Source: Eledone cirrhosa (lineage: Eukaryota). Taken from it: DNA of 64,000 nt. The notes beneath the pieces are model-generated. The model worked only from the letters and a program-made list of their open reading frames with translations. It made no database searches and had not been told where the DNA came from. Both the position numbers and the translations under genes were made by a program. This document shows positions 14,661-30,211 of the stretch, piece after piece; position 1 is the first letter of the stretch; the number at the start of each line of letters is the position of its first letter. The stretch is from positions 293,508,001-293,572,000 of the forward strand of contig OZ024741.1 in the NCBI GenBank assembly GCA_964016885.1, read 5' to 3'.

Positions 14661-16496
14661 AATATCACACTACCTTTGATGTCAAATATAAAGAGAAGAG
14701 ACACAGGCAAGCAAACACAGCCCACATAGACTCACATGTTTGGAGTGGACTTCATATAGTTCCTGTCTACTACGTTTATTTACATGGCATTAGGCAACCT
14801 AAGGTTATATAGTGGACACTTGCCGAAGGTGCCATACAATGGCATAAAACCCATGACTATGTGATTCTTAACCGTACAGCCTGGCCTGGATATGTACACT
14901 CTTCTTGTATATTTGTCTTCATACAGACACCATCTGAATATTTTGGTGTAGTGTGTTCTGAGATACCATAACAAAGATGACACATCTTTAGATTTAATGG
15001 GAAACACCTGAACATCATTGGAACTCACTAATTAATTAACTAACTAATAAAGCTTATATTTCTATAATATGGATTATATTCCATCCCCCCTCTATCTATC
15101 TATATTATCTATCTATCTATCTCACACACACATGGAGATCCCAGTCCAATCAGTTTATCTTGTAATACAATCCTTTCATTTAATCCAGCTTAGAAATATC
15201 TGATACACTATATTACGCTATATTACCATAACCACACAGTTTTATGTTGACACTGGCTGTATCATCTATCACAATTCTTGATTGCTTCTTTCACCTAAAT
15301 CTTGTTGTCCATTACTGTACGTGGAATACCAGCTGGGTTCACAGTCATTGTCAATTAAGTACATATCATATAATTCTCTACCGCTGTTCCTACTCCTGCT
15401 GCCAACTTTCTCCTTTGCTCCCACTCAAACCATTGGATGTGTCGTGTAAATTAAAACAGATTATTAACTTTACGTGACAAATCCAGTGGAAGTGTCCGTA
15501 TTGGTTAGTTTTTAACTTTTTTTTTGCTATGACATTTGAAGTTCTTCAACATTTTTCGTTTCCTACACTTTATTGGTCGTTTTAAAAAGAAATTTAATTT
15601 AAATTTTAGATAATTAACTCTCAACTAAAAAACTAAATGGCTATTACATCTTTGTTTTCTTTCTTTCTTTTAAATTTAAAACTTAAGCCGTCCTAGGGAA
15701 ATGACAAATTTATTTAGAATTTTTGACTTGATATCTTTAAATACTTCAAAACTTTTTTTTTATATTTTGGTATGGTTTACAGTGTGGTCATAAAAACATG
15801 CCGAAATTAAAAGGCCCCTGTCCTATAAAAAAAGAACCCTATACATTTATATGCAAGCATGGAAAAACGGATGTAAAATGATGATGATGATGAATAGTGA
15901 AGAGAAATGAGAGAAGCTGCATTTATTTAATAATCATCATCGTCATTTAATGTCCACTTTCCCTGCTAGCAAGGATTGAGTGGGTGTACACAAACCAAGT
16001 CAGTACTGAACTGGCGTGACTGACCCCCTAGACAGGTTGAGGGGATCTGCAACCTGTTCACATATGGTCATATGTTCTATCGAGTGCAAAGGAGAAGTTG
16101 TCATGTCTTTTGATACAAGCTAAAGGTTCCTCCCAACCCCTTGTTTGGCAAGCTTTCTATGGCTAGATGCCCTTCCTAACAGCAACCAATTTACATCATG
16201 TACTGTGTTAATTTCAATACCAAAAAAATGTTCAGTTTTCTTCTTTGGAGATCTGTGCTTTATGATCAACATTTCCATATATCATTTCCATTGGATTTTA
16301 ATCCCTATGCTCATATTTGAACAGTCAAATTTTTTTAGTTTGGAATGTAAGACTTACTCTTTTTTCCCGTAAAGAGTTAGCCACCTGTTTGTCTCATGAA
16401 ACTAATTGTAATGCATGGAGAAGTCAAAATGTTAATACATATATTTAACTTAAATATTTTTTGTTGATTGCTCGTCTCATTTTATTGGCCCATATT

Positions 16497-16692
16497 TATT
16501 TCTGTTCATACACAGAACGAAAGTGCTACCTAAGGTTTCAAGGTCCAATTATGGCTATCTCTCCAGATTGTAAGAGCAATCAAATTTATGACCTAGGCAT
16601 CAGGTGCTTGGACGAGTTTGAAGATGGGAGATGGTCATAATTGGACCTTATAACCTTACATAGTGCTTTTGTTCTGTGTACACACATAAATA
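16497..16692. mobile_element. Hairpin MITE with long TIRs (copy 1)
   Basis: ~65-bp imperfect TIRs starting TATTTcTGTTCATACACAGAAC; second copy at 35981-36160. Confidence 0.75.
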
Positions 16693-17238
16693 TCAACCCT
16701 TGTACTGGACTGAGCACTGTTTTCCTTTTTCACATTCACCAATTTTTTACTACATAGACACTAACTGGCCTTGATAATTATTTTGAAGAACCCAAACAAT
16801 TTTTGAGGAAGGGAGATTTGACTAAATCGACCCCCAGTTTGTTACTGGTGTTTTATTTTATCAATCCTATAAGGATGAAAGGCAAAGCTAACCTCGACAG
16901 TATTTGGACTTAACTACTACTAGTAATAATAATATGTAAGAAACATATACATTTGATTAATATATGAAATATTTATGAAATATCTTTTGCTTTAAGTAAA
17001 AGAAATATAATTTTTAAAAAATGATATAACACACACTCGCAGGTACACAGACACACACACACATTTCAGTTTTTGATCAAATGTGTTAATAGCAGCAATC
17101 CATGGAAGCCGCAGCCATTTTTCTATCTTACATGTTGCTATTACTATTCTATACTTACATAATGGTCTGCTGTTACCATGGCAATACTTTTACTTACAGA
17201 TTTCCAAATGTAATACTTAGGAGGAATTATCTTCTTTG

Positions 17239-17299
17239 TTATAGTTCGTCTTTTATCGTCATTATTAAATGTGGATCGGCAATAACATTTTCTCCAATC
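17239..17299 (-). CDS. Candidate terminal coding exon ending IGENVIADPHLIMTIKDEL*
   Basis: Branch point CACTAAC and pyrimidine-rich ...GACAG acceptor; in-frame KDEL then TAA; GTAAGT donor at 17197. Another frame is open for 102 nt (DWRKCYC...IWKS). Confidence 0.4.
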
Positions 17300-20269
17300 C
17301 TGTCGATTAAAGAGCAGTTAGTGCTAATGATTTCAGACAAGCCATTTATGTAGAACAAGATGATGATAATGAAACAAGAAAAACAAGATTAATTTGGTGA
17401 TTTCTGGCAATTCCTTGGGTTACTATTCAAGATTTGCATATTGGTGTCTGCTGTTCTGTTGAAAATGCCACTAGTAGTAAAAATCCCTGTTTTGTTAGAT
17501 AGAAATTTTCTTGATCTATAACTCCTCCCACCCACCAAAAGAAATTATTCTCAGAACTCTTCCAAATATTTGCTAAGTTGCTATTACTGGAATACTGAAA
17601 TATCAGATTTTAATTCTATCCCATAAATACTTGTCTTCAAACAATATGAGAAATCAGAAGTAATAGAATGTCAGACATTGCAGTATATATTTAACTACAT
17701 CATTTTGTATATTAATTTCAAATCATTTATCTATTTTTTTTTTCTGTTTTTTAGATGGTGGGGTGTCATTTAACAGTTTTAGATGCTATTTCTAGCCGGT
17801 TGAATGATCATATAAAAGCTCTGTTGTTGGTGTTCATTTTTCAAGGTTGATAAAATACCCGTTAAGTACTGGGATTGATTCATCTTTTTCTGTCTATGTA
17901 TCTGTCTCTCTCTCTCCTCTGACCTCCCTCCATCTCTCTTTCTCAGAAATAAGCGGGAACAATATATGGTATTTTGTCTAAAACATTAGTGATTCTACCA
18001 ATCAATGTTTTTATTATTATTATTATTATTTTTTGAAACTTCCTTTGAATTCTGCTTCTTTCTCATATGCTGAATGTTAACCTGACACCTGAGGCAAAAA
18101 TTGATAATACACACATTTTACAATCAATTTTCATCCAAATGATTCCACAAGGGTACAAACATCAATAAATATCTTTGCAAGGTTTTTAAATTGATAATGC
18201 CCTTCTCAAGGCATGGACAATGCCAGTCAGCACTCCTTTCTATTTCTCTGGCATTCCAGGTATCCGGTTTAAATATTTTTCAGTCTCGTAAGGGCCTCTT
18301 CTAGCTTTCTAACTAGCTCTCCCTCTACTCTAGTTTTCTCTATTGCTACTCCTTTACTAAACCATATCGATTCTACTCTAATCAACCTTTTCAGGTTGAG
18401 CCACCATTTGTTTGTGATGATGTAAGCATGGAAAAGTGGACGTAAAAACGATGATGATGATTAGGTCTATCAATGTCCACTTAATTAATAAACTAGTTTG
18501 GTGTCTGTAATAATAATACTAATACATGATATATAAGAAATATATGAATTCGGTTAGAATTAAAAATTAATCAATCAGTTAACAAGATCCTAGACCTCAC
18601 CGAATTACCGAATGGGGTTGAAATATCATAAGATTTGATCAAGGAAACAATGCTTCTACTGGACTTTCCATTGTGTATACTATTTACAGGTCGCAACTCC
18701 TGGCAGAATTTGATTAATGGTCACTAAAATATTTATGAAATGTCTTCTGCTTGAAGTACAAGACAAATAATTTAAATAGACACTGCGGGGGTCTTGTTGG
18801 GGACCATATATTGTGTTATTTGCCTCCAGGATATGGAGGAAGGCTGAGCTAAAACCTATCAATATATTCTCATTGAATATGTTTCAAAGACTGTTCAACA
18901 AAACTAATGATGGAAGTCTTGGACTGACTGATGTACTATGTACTGTATGATACACAGAATGGTTTAAGAAGAAATATGATATTGAAATGTTTGTTGAAGT
19001 AGAATCAAAATAGACATGGTTGGCATGTTAGATTTATGATCTCTGCTGTTGCTGTCACTGATGATGACGATGATAGTGATGTTTGTGATGGATATACTGA
19101 TATTGGTGAAGGTGGTTCTGGTAGAGGTATTGTTAGTGTTGTTTCTAGTGGAGATAGCAATACTGGTGATGGTAGTAGTGTGATGCAAAGGATAATAATG
19201 GTGAGAGTTATGTTATTAATGGTAATGGCAAAGAAGGTGTTATTTCTGATAAGAATAAGTGTGATGATTTTGATCATGAGAACAACAATGTTCCTGACAC
19301 TGATGATGACAATGAGGGTGATGATGTTGATGATTTTGTTGCCAAAGACATGAGCAAAGCAGAAAAGGAAAAGTTTATTGGCAAGTGTGTCATTTATTCG
19401 TTCCAAAAATGCTTTAATTAATTAATCTTTTGATCAATTTTCCATGACTTAATTTTTCTTTTAATGGACTTTGTGAGAATTCTCTTGAAGATTGGTGAAG
19501 ATCGGTGAAAGTTTTAATCTTGTTTTCTTGTCCTCACCTATAGATTATTTGTTGGCTAGAAGAATAAATACCGTTTTATTTTTAATGATCCCAAGTCATG
19601 AGATTGTAATGTGAACATAAACAGTTGAGAAGTTTGCCAAATTTATCTGTCTTTTAAGAATTGGTGCAACTTTTAACATCTCTGAAGTGATAACAGTAGT
19701 TTGAAAGCAGCTGGACCTGTCTATGGAATTTAGACAACTAGCCAAAGCAATTGAATGTTCTCACAATGTGCATGCCATTGGTGGTGCAATGTGGTCAGTG
19801 GTAGAATTAATAGATAATATAGTCAGAGTAAATGTCTCATTGTATCTGTTCTGGCATTTTTCATTCTGAGTTCAAATACCATTGTGGACAACTTAGATGG
19901 TAGATTTAATATGTCTTTATCTGGCTCTTTGGTGCCTTTAATGCAATCTATTTGAACCTTTCAATTAAATTCTTACTTTTTGTTGTCAGTTTAATAATGT
20001 GCTAGAATTGGGGTTCTTATCATAAAAACACCCAGGAAATCTACTATCAGACTGCATCTCATAAGAGGCTAGCTAACTTTGGTTATATTTCTTCTGGATT
20101 CCAGTGCTCTGAGATCCAATCTTGTTGAGGTCAACTTTGCCTTCAATCCTCTGGAATTGATAAATAAAATACCAATCCAGGGGCAATAAATTGGCAGATT
20201 TGGTGGAGCATTGGATGGAATACCTTGCAGTAACTGTTCCGGTTCTTTGCATTCTGAGGTTTTGTGTGA

Positions 20270-20702
20270 TTAAAACATATAAGGCACTTTCTGGGTAATG
20301 ACCAAAAGAATATGATCGCAAATACAAGAGGCCAAAATGATGGGGTTCCTCAGAAGGGTCTTTGGAGTAATGTTACTCAATATAGTGCATAGCTTGGAGA
20401 TCAGAGAATCACTTCGGGTAGAACCATTACTTCTGTGAAGTAAGAGACTACAGCTCTGATAGTACAGGCATGTGATTAGAATGTCTCAGGAAAGAATTGC
20501 TGGACAGATTTTACAAGCAAAACCAACTGGTAGGAGACCCAGGAGTAGACCCGAGCAAGATGGTTCGATAACATCTATAAGCTCGGCAAGTCTTGCCTGG
20601 GGATTCACCTGGATCAATAGTAGACAAGACCTGTTGGAAGGAATGTTTGAGGATTCTGCCCACATGACCCTTCCAGTGGTAGAATAAGAGGGAGAAGAAG
20701 AA
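20270..20702 (+). mobile_element. RTE LINE 3' fragment
   Basis: RMSQERIAGQILQAKPTGRRPRSRP motif and (GAA)n tail. Confidence 0.8.
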
Positions 20703-21016
20703 ACCTCCAATGAGATTGCATTACATAGGACTGCAGATGGGTATCAAAACAACAACAGCAATATCAGTGCTGCTGCAGTGTATAAGATAGTAAGCTGGGC
20801 CCATGAAATGTTGTATTCAGTTATTTGTTCATAGGGCATTAGTGCAAGTCCAGGGCTGATGTTTGATTAAAGTAGGTATTGTGGTCGTTTATATATTTCT
20901 TAGCAGTCTCTCACAGAATTTCCTAAGTTTAAATAGTGGTAAACCATGTTTTTAAGATGTACCTGGCGCTTTGTAGAGAAACTAAACAAATGATTTATGA
21001 ATCTCTCAAACCATAA

Positions 21017-23373
21017 ATAATAATAATAATAATATTAATGATAATGATATTAATAATGATTTCTTTATTGGCCACAAGGGCTGACATCAAGAAAAACATT
21101 ACAGACGGCACAGGACGCTACAGGACGGGACGATGTGGGTTTTGTGCATGTAAATATTTTTATTATTTATATAAGAAAAGAAAAAAAAGGACATAGAAAC
21201 ATATATATATAAAACCAATAAAAATGAAAATTGAAACAATGAAAAATTCCCCAATAGGGGGGGGGGGGGAACCTCCAAGGGTTACTCGTGGCAAAAACCA
21301 CACAAAAGACCACAGCCATCCTGACCACCAGGGCAAGCGCCCTCTCTCAATTTTTCCAGTTTTCAAACTACAGACGTATATTCACTTGGACCATTCTCGC
21401 TACATTCACCCACCCACTTGCTAGAAGGCAGCACTTGCCTCTCCACCCTGATTTTCCTCTTCAAGTGAAACTTGAAAAAGTTAATTAGGGATTCGCCGAA
21501 GAGGAAAGTGTCTGTCTTTAACCCTTTCAACTTTGTCCACCCCACAATCTCTTTCGCCATGGCCACCAGGCAGATGAAAACCGCCTGCCCTTCCTCCTCG
21601 AAGGAAGACGGCGAGACCATCTGCACAATGGACTCAGTCGATAACCGGATCAGTCCTACACGCGACAGCAACTGTTCGACATAGCTCTACAAGTCAGCAA
21701 TGCTCGGGCACTGAACAAGTGCATGCACGACGGTTTCGTCGCTCTGCGTGCATCTCGGACAGGCTCGGCTGACGGCACTTCCGTGCCTGTAGAGCTTATC
21801 TCGAACCGGCAGCGCTCATCGGTAGCACTGCCAGGCCAGGGATTTTTGGAAGTTATCCATAGGCCCTGGGCTGAAAGTTCTCTGGAAGAGAGCAAACAGC
21901 TGATCTTCTTCGATGCCCAGGATCTCTCCGAGAACGTCGTCGCTCTTCCCCTCCACTAGTCCTCTATAGAACGCCGAGGTGGATGTTCCACCGATACTGG
22001 TGCCAAGCTGGCAGAGGGCAGTGAGCGCCTGAAGACATTCCAGTTTCCAAGCGCTATCCATCGGTCTTTTTCTGACCCAGGACTGCAGCTCCATCAAGGA
22101 GATGAGCTGTGGGAAAACGTGCCTGGCGAACGGCAACCACACCTGTTCACCGTCAAGGAAGCACCAGAGATGTCGCAGCCTCAGCACATCTTTGTGCATC
22201 ATCAGCCATGGGATGCCCAGTCCTCCACGCAACGGGTGTTGACAGCAGATGGATCGTCTGACCATGGGAGCGCGTCCGTCCCACAAAAAGCATAAGAGGA
22301 GGCGCTCCATTTTGGTGAGAGTTGGGCTGGGGTAAGGGACGACGGTGAGGCGGTAGCAGATGATGGATGCGATGCACGCATTTGCCACCTCCGCCCGGCC
22401 TTTCAGGGACAGCTTCCTCTCAGCCCATTTCTGGGTGAGGGAGGCCACCTTGCTCGTCACCTCGTTCCAGTTTTTCTCCATCTGGAAGTCCGATCCAAAC
22501 TAGACCCCGAGCAATTTAACTGGTCCGTCCGTCCAATGCCCCACGACGCTGTCGGACGGCATGGACTTGCATCTCCAGGTGCCGAGCTGCAAGCCCACCG
22601 ACTTTTCCTGGTTTATCTTTGCTCCTGTCACCACTTTGTATTCCTTGAGAGCGGTGCCGAGCATCTGGACGTGTCTGGTGCTCGATACCACCACGGTGAC
22701 GTCGTCGGCGTAAGCCGACTCAGATTTCCCGCATCCTAGTGCGCGTGAGACGCCCCTCATCGCCCCCAGTTTGCCAATACGTACAAGAGGGATGAGAGAG
22801 GACAACCCTGGCGGACTGAGCACATGATGCTGAATGGCTGCGACAGGTGACCGTTCACCCTCACAACTGAGCAGATGTCGCTGTACATCGCAGTGATCCA
22901 CCCCCTGAAAACGGGCCTGAAACCGGCTGCCTCGAGGACCGCCACCAGGTACCGATGGTCGACCCTATCGAATCCTTTGGATTGATCCAAGTTTATCAGG
23001 GCCCCACCCGTGCCAGATTCCTTAACCACCCTCTCTATGATGTATCACATGAGGTGGAGGTTGTCGTGTATGGATCTGTCCGGAATGGCGCATATCTGCG
23101 CCTCTCCCACCAGACCCTTGACGACAAGCACCAACCTCGTTGCTAACACCTTGGCCAAAATCTTGAACTCTGCATTTAGCAGAGTTATGGGCCTGAAATT
23201 ATCGATAACATCTCCCTTGTTCGGGTCTTTTCTCAGCAGCGCCACCGTTCCCCGGCTCACAAAACTAGGAATGCTCCCGTTCTGCTGCCAGTTGCAGTAG
23301 ACGTCTGCCAAGAGGTCACCGAACAAGTCTGGCATAAATGCATAAAGCTCGTAGGGCAGACCATCCAAACCTG
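21017..23373 (-). mobile_element. 5'-truncated Tx1/L1-clade LINE (RT, C-terminus, 3' UTR, (ATT)n tail), frameshifted
   Basis: PGLDGLPYELY, FRPITLLNAEFKIL, LDQSKGFDRVDH, VRQGCPLS, AYADD, RKLSLKGRAEV; GC-rich against the background; AATAAA and (ATT)n tail. Confidence 0.95.
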
Positions 23374-23741
23374 GTATTCATTTCCTGCTTCATGAATCAT
23401 GTAAAAAGAATACATATATACACATACACATACATATAAAATATCATTTTTATGTCCTACAAAACAAAAAAATATCATACCACTTGTTGCATAACTGTTT
23501 CACCACTTCAACCCATGTCTTCCATGTCTTACTTTACCTTCCTCTTCGACTTGAGCAAACTCGATATATTTCTTTTTTAACCTCTATACATCCTCTGTCT
23601 TCAATAATTATGTTCCATTACCATGCAACATTAGCCTATATAAAATACTGATAAAGTCTCCATTTTGTTACTTGAAGAGAGAATCCGATTGTTGCAATGT
23701 TACAAGTAGAGGTAACAGCGACATAATCTTTTTTGCCCATG

Positions 23742-24830
<1,089 letters not shown>

Positions 24831-25699
24831 AAATCTCGCGAAATAAATTCAAAAACGAATTATGAATATATATATATATATATATATGAGTGATGTGTGT
24901 GGGTGTATATATATATATGTGTGTGTGTGTAAGATAACAAAAGGATCACATGACAACTACTTTGGGCTTCTTTGACAGGGAAATAGTAATTTCATATCTT
25001 CCTATCTCTTATTTCTTTCTCTCCCCCACAGTTGACAAACAGGTCAGTGGTCGACCACTGGTATCATATATGTGGCTAGGTTTCATCCCTTTACAGATAA
25101 AGTTCCTAAATATAAATTCTAGTTAATAGATTATTCCTTTACACATCTCACCTGTGGAATTCTCTTCCCTCTTTTTGCTTTCCTGGCCACTCTGATTTGC
25201 AAATATTAAAAAAGTAACATAAAATGTCACCTTTCCTCTTCTTGAATTATGTTCTCTCTGTCATGTTCTTTTCCCTTCTCTTTAACCCCTTGTATTTTAG
25301 TGGGTTTATTGCCTTCCTTGGGGGTGAGTAAATAAAAAAATAAATAAATAAAATATATATATATATATTCATTCTTTAATTTTATTAAGGCTAAATAGTG
25401 AGTCATGTTACTCTGGAGCTGTCCCTGTTTATCACAGGGTCATTAGACAAGAGTTTTTGTCTTAATAAAATGAACATTAATACTCTACTTCTTTATTGAG
25501 TTCTCTTTTCTCACAGACATCAACGACACACACACACATATATATATATATTTATATACACATACATACACAAATGTCTGATCTTGAGCTAATCTTCTGT
25601 GAAATGCACATAATAGGCTGACATACAATTAAAATATAAATAAATGTAAATGAAACTTCATTTCTTCGATTATATCTATCTTTCTCTCTCTCTCTCTCT

Positions 25700-25772
<73 letters not shown>

Positions 25773-25976
25773 TATATATATATATATACACATACACACA
25801 CACCCTTCGTGTCAGCTGCATGTATACAGTTCAGTACTGTTGACCAACAACAATTTAACAGTACTGCCTATAGTCATAGACACAACACATTGCATATAAT
25901 ATGAGAACAGATTACAATGTGATTTTGAAACCACATTATTAAAAGAGATTATGTAGACTATACTTGTGCTGGAGAA

Positions 25977-28405
25977 TGTGATGGTGGGGATGGTGGCTGT
26001 TGTGGTGATTGTGATGGTGGGGATGGTGGCTGTTGTGGTGATTGTGATGGTGGGGATGGTGGCTGTTGTGGTGATTGTGATGATGTTAATATTGATGGTG
26101 GGGATGGTGGGGATGGTGGCTGTTGTGGCGATTGTGATGATGATGTTAATAGTGATGGTTGTGATGGTGAGGATGGTGGCTATTGTGGTGATTGTGATGG
26201 TGGGGATGGTGGCTGTTGTGGTGATTGTGATGATGTTAATAGTGATGGTTGTGATGGTGAGGATGGTGGCTATTGTGGTGATTGTGATGGTGGGGATGGT
26301 GGCTGTTGTGGTGATTGTGATGATGATGTTAATAGTGATGGTTGTGATGGTGAGGATGGTGGCTGTTGTGGTGATTGTGATGATGTTAATATTGATGGTG
26401 GGGATGGTGGGGATGGTGGCTGTTGTGGTGATTGTGATGATGATGTTAATAGTGATGGTTGTGATGGTGGCGATGGTGGTTGTTGTGGTGATTGTGATGA
26501 TGTTAATATTGATGGTGGGGATGGTGGGGATGGTGGCTGTTGTGGCGATTGTGATGATGATGTTAATAGTGATGGTTGTGATGGTGGGGATGGTGGCTGT
26601 TGTGGTGATTGTGATGATGTTAATAGTGATGGTTGTGATGGTGGGGATGGTGGCTGTTGTGGTGATTGTGATGATGTTAATATTGATGGTGGGGATGGTG
26701 GCTGTTGTGGTGATTGTGATGATGATGTTAATAGTGATGGTTGTGATGGTGGGGATGGTGGCTGTTGTGGTGATTGTGATGGTGGGGATGGTGGCTGTTG
26801 TGGTGATTGTGATGATGTTAATAGTGATGGTTGTGATGGTGAGGATGGTGGCTGTTGTGGTGATTGTGATGGTGGGGATGGTGGCTATTGTGGTGATTGT
26901 GATGGTGGGGATGGTGGCTGTTGTGGTGATTGTGATGATGATGTTAATAGGGATGGTTGTGATGGTGGGGATGGTGGCTGTTGTGGTGATTGTGATGGTG
27001 GGGATGGTGGCTGTTGTGGTGATTGTGATGATGTTAATAGTGATGGTTGTGATGGTGGGGATGGTGGCTGTTGTGGTGATTGTGATGGTGGGGATGGTGG
27101 CTGTTGTGGTGATTGTGATGATGATGTTAATAGTGATGGTTGTGATGGTGAGGATGGTGGCTGTTGTGGTGATTGTGATGGTGGGGATGGTGGCTGTTGT
27201 GGTGATTGTGATGATGATGTTAATAGTGATGGTTGTGATGGTGAGGATGGTGGCTGTTGTGGTGATTGTGATGGTGGGGATGGTGGCTGTTGTGGTGATT
27301 GTGATGATGATGTTAATAGTGATGGTTGTGATGGTGGTGATGGTGGCTGTTGTGGTGATTGTGATGATGATGTTAATAGTGATGGTGGGGATGGTGGGGA
27401 TGGTGGCTGTTGTGGTGATTGTGATGGTGGGGATGGTGGCTGTTGTGCTGATTGTGATGATGATGTTAATAGTGATGGTTGTGATGGTGGGGATGGTGGC
27501 TGTTGTGGTGATTGTGATGATGTTAATAGTGATGGTTGTGATGGTGAGGATGGTGGCTGTTGTGGTGATTCTGATGATGATGTTAATAGGGATGGTTGTG
27601 ATGGTGGGGATGGTTGCTGTTGTGGTGATTGTGATGATGATGTTAATAGTGATGGTTGTGATGGTGGGGATGGTGGCTGTTGTGGTGATTGTGATGATGA
27701 TGTTAATAGTGATGGTTGTGATGGTGGGGATGGTGGCTGTTGTGGTGATTGTGATGATGTTAATAGTGATGGTTGTGATGGTGAGGATGGTGGCTGTTGT
27801 GGTGATTGTGATGATGTTAATAGGGATGGTTGTGATGGTGGGGATGGTGGCTGTTGTGGTGATTGTGATGATGATGTTAATAGTGATGGTTGTGATGGTG
27901 GTGATGGTGGCTGTTGTGGTGATTGTGATGATGATGTTAATAGTGATGGTTGTGATGGTGGGGATGGTGGCTGTTGTGGTGATTGTGATGATGATGTTAA
28001 TAGTGATGGTTGTGATGGTGGTGATGGTGGCTGTTGTGGTGATTGTGATGATGATGTTAATAGTGATGGTGGGGATGGTGGGGATGGTGGCTGTTGTGGT
28101 GATTGTGATGATGATGTTAATAGTGATGGTTGTGATGGTGGGGATGGTGGCTGTTGTGGTGATTGTGATGATGTTAATATTGATGGTGGGGATGGTGGCT
28201 GTTGTGGTGATTGTGATGATGATGTTAATAGTGATGGTTGTGATGGTGGTGATGGTGGCTGTTGTGGTGATTGTGATGATGATGTTAATAGTGATGGTGG
28301 GGATGGTTGGGATGGTGGCTGTTGTGGTGATTGTGATGATGTTAATAGTGATGGTTGTGATCGTGGCTGTTGTGGTGATTGTGATGATGATGTTAATAGT
28401 GATGG
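25977..28405. repeat. ~2.4 kb GTG/ATG-derived compound minisatellite (33-bp and 57/60-bp units)
   Basis: Unit GTGATGGTGGGGATGGTGGCTGTTGTGGTGATT, with or without GTGATGATGATGTTAATAGTGATGGTT. Confidence 0.97.
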
Positions 28406-28699
28406 ATAGTGATAGTGATGATGGTAATCGTAGTGGTTGTGATGGTGATAGTGATAATGATAATAATAGTGATAATGATGAGGATGGTGATTATGGTGGT
28501 AGTGGTGGTAATGAAGATGATAGTGATGATAATGAAGATGGTGGGTGTGGTGTCAATTGTATTCACACATGTACACACACACACACACATAAATACACAT
28601 ATTTATAAATGTAACTGTATGTGTATGTATAAGTGTATATTTGTGAAGCTTGAATATATATGTGAATCTGTCTGTACATATATATAAATGCATACATAT

Positions 28700-29110
28700 T
28701 CCGAAAGTAGCCAGGGTATAAATGGGATGGAAAAAGTTGAGGGAGCTACTACCACTGTTAGCTACAAAGTTTTTTTCCCCTCAAAATGAAGGGCGGATTG
28801 TATGGTGCATGTATATGTACAGCAATGTTACATGGTAGTGAGACCTGGGTGCTGTGTGCAGAGGACCTGTAAAGATTAGAAAGAAATTAAGTGTGCAGCC
28901 CAAACTGTAATGTGGTCATGTAGTTGTCATGGCAAAAAGCACCCAGCACACCCAGTGATGGTTATGTTAGGAAGGCCATCCAGCCGTAGAAACCAAATCA
29001 GAAACAGTTCTGTATGAGTATGACACGGTCACCTGACCTGACTTTCCTCAAACGTTTAACCTGTCTAACAAATGCTAGTGTGAAAAATAGACATTAAATA
29101 ATGATGATGA
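28700..29110 (+). mobile_element. Internally deleted RTE fragment joined to an RTE tail
   Basis: Homologous to 61790-61975 (LHGSETW) followed by the (GAT)n tail. Confidence 0.75.
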
Positions 29111-30114
29111 GTATGATTCACACACACACATACTCCTACACATATGTGTGTATATATTTATAAGTGTATATGCCTAAATGTATAATTGTGAAGCTTGAAT
29201 ATATATATATGAATCTGTGTGTGTATATATAAATGCATATACACATGCATGTACCTATATGTTTAGCATATTTCTCTGAAAGTGTGTATAAATCTAAATT
29301 AAAATGCCAAAGTATTTAGAATATCCAGCATTAAAATGTTTACTAGGACTGAATATTATTGAGGTTCAGTTATTTCATCGTATAACTGAATAGTCACAAA
29401 TGGCATTTAATATAGAAACACAATACACACTAATGATTCTGAACATGGCAAATTTTGAGAACATTTTAAATATCAGGTAATCTAAAATTGAATGAATTTC
29501 TTAAAGTAAACCTGTTCTCTAGGAATTATCTAATATATAGGTGCAGGCATGGCTGCAGGGTTAAGAAGTTTGTTTTAACATCATGTGGTTTGAGGTTTGT
29601 TCCCTCTGTGTGTCACATTGGGTTACTGTCTTCTACTATAATTTAGAGCTGACCAATGCCTTGGAAGTGAAATTTGGTTGAAGAAAACTGTGGGAAAGTC
29701 TGTTGTGTGTATGATAAAAAACATTCAGTCCACACTGTAATGTGGTTTGCATTAGGAAGAGCATTTAGCTGTAGAAACCATGTTAAAATACAAATCCTTA
29801 TGAGCATGATGTTGTCTCCGGTCCTGACTTGTCTCTTAATGTGATAGTTTATCTGACACATGCAAACACGGAAAATGGAAATTAAATGATGATAAATATA
29901 AATATATATAAAATGCGTGTGTGGAATCCTCCCTGTGTGTGCAGTTGTATGTCCCTGATGCCAGGACTGAAATTTGTATGTGTTGGGGGCAGTAATATGA
30001 CTGGTAGTTTATCTTATATATATATATATAAAAATATATGAGAGAGTGAAAGTGTGGTGAGAAGAGGAAATATGTGATGTCTAAATGAGTATCCTCCACC
30101 TCAAACTAACTTAC

Positions 30115-30211
30115 CCGCCGCCCCTTGGTCCCAGCTGATAGGATGGAGAATACAATGCTGGAGGATAGCGAGGGAGATGTGCTGGAACTGCCACTCCACC
30201 TTGCAAGGAGT
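30115..30211 (-). CDS. Candidate 97-nt internal exon (best frame SLQGGVAVPAHLPRYPPALYSPSYQLGPRGG)
   Basis: ttccattcttccAG acceptor, CGG|GTAAGT donor, GC-rich unique sequence; all three frames open. Confidence 0.4.

Noticed and set aside
18680-18862. Possible minus-strand exon
   Set aside because: Ambiguous acceptors and no recognisable product.
25405-25450. Hammerhead-like motif on the minus strand (CTAATGA-CCCTG..CAGGG-ACAG-CTC..GAG-TA)
   Set aside because: Both core boxes altered and stem I only 3 bp; too weak to call.
25966-28608. 880-aa V/M/I ORF as a membrane protein
   Set aside because: Pure repeat translation with no unique domain or splice support.
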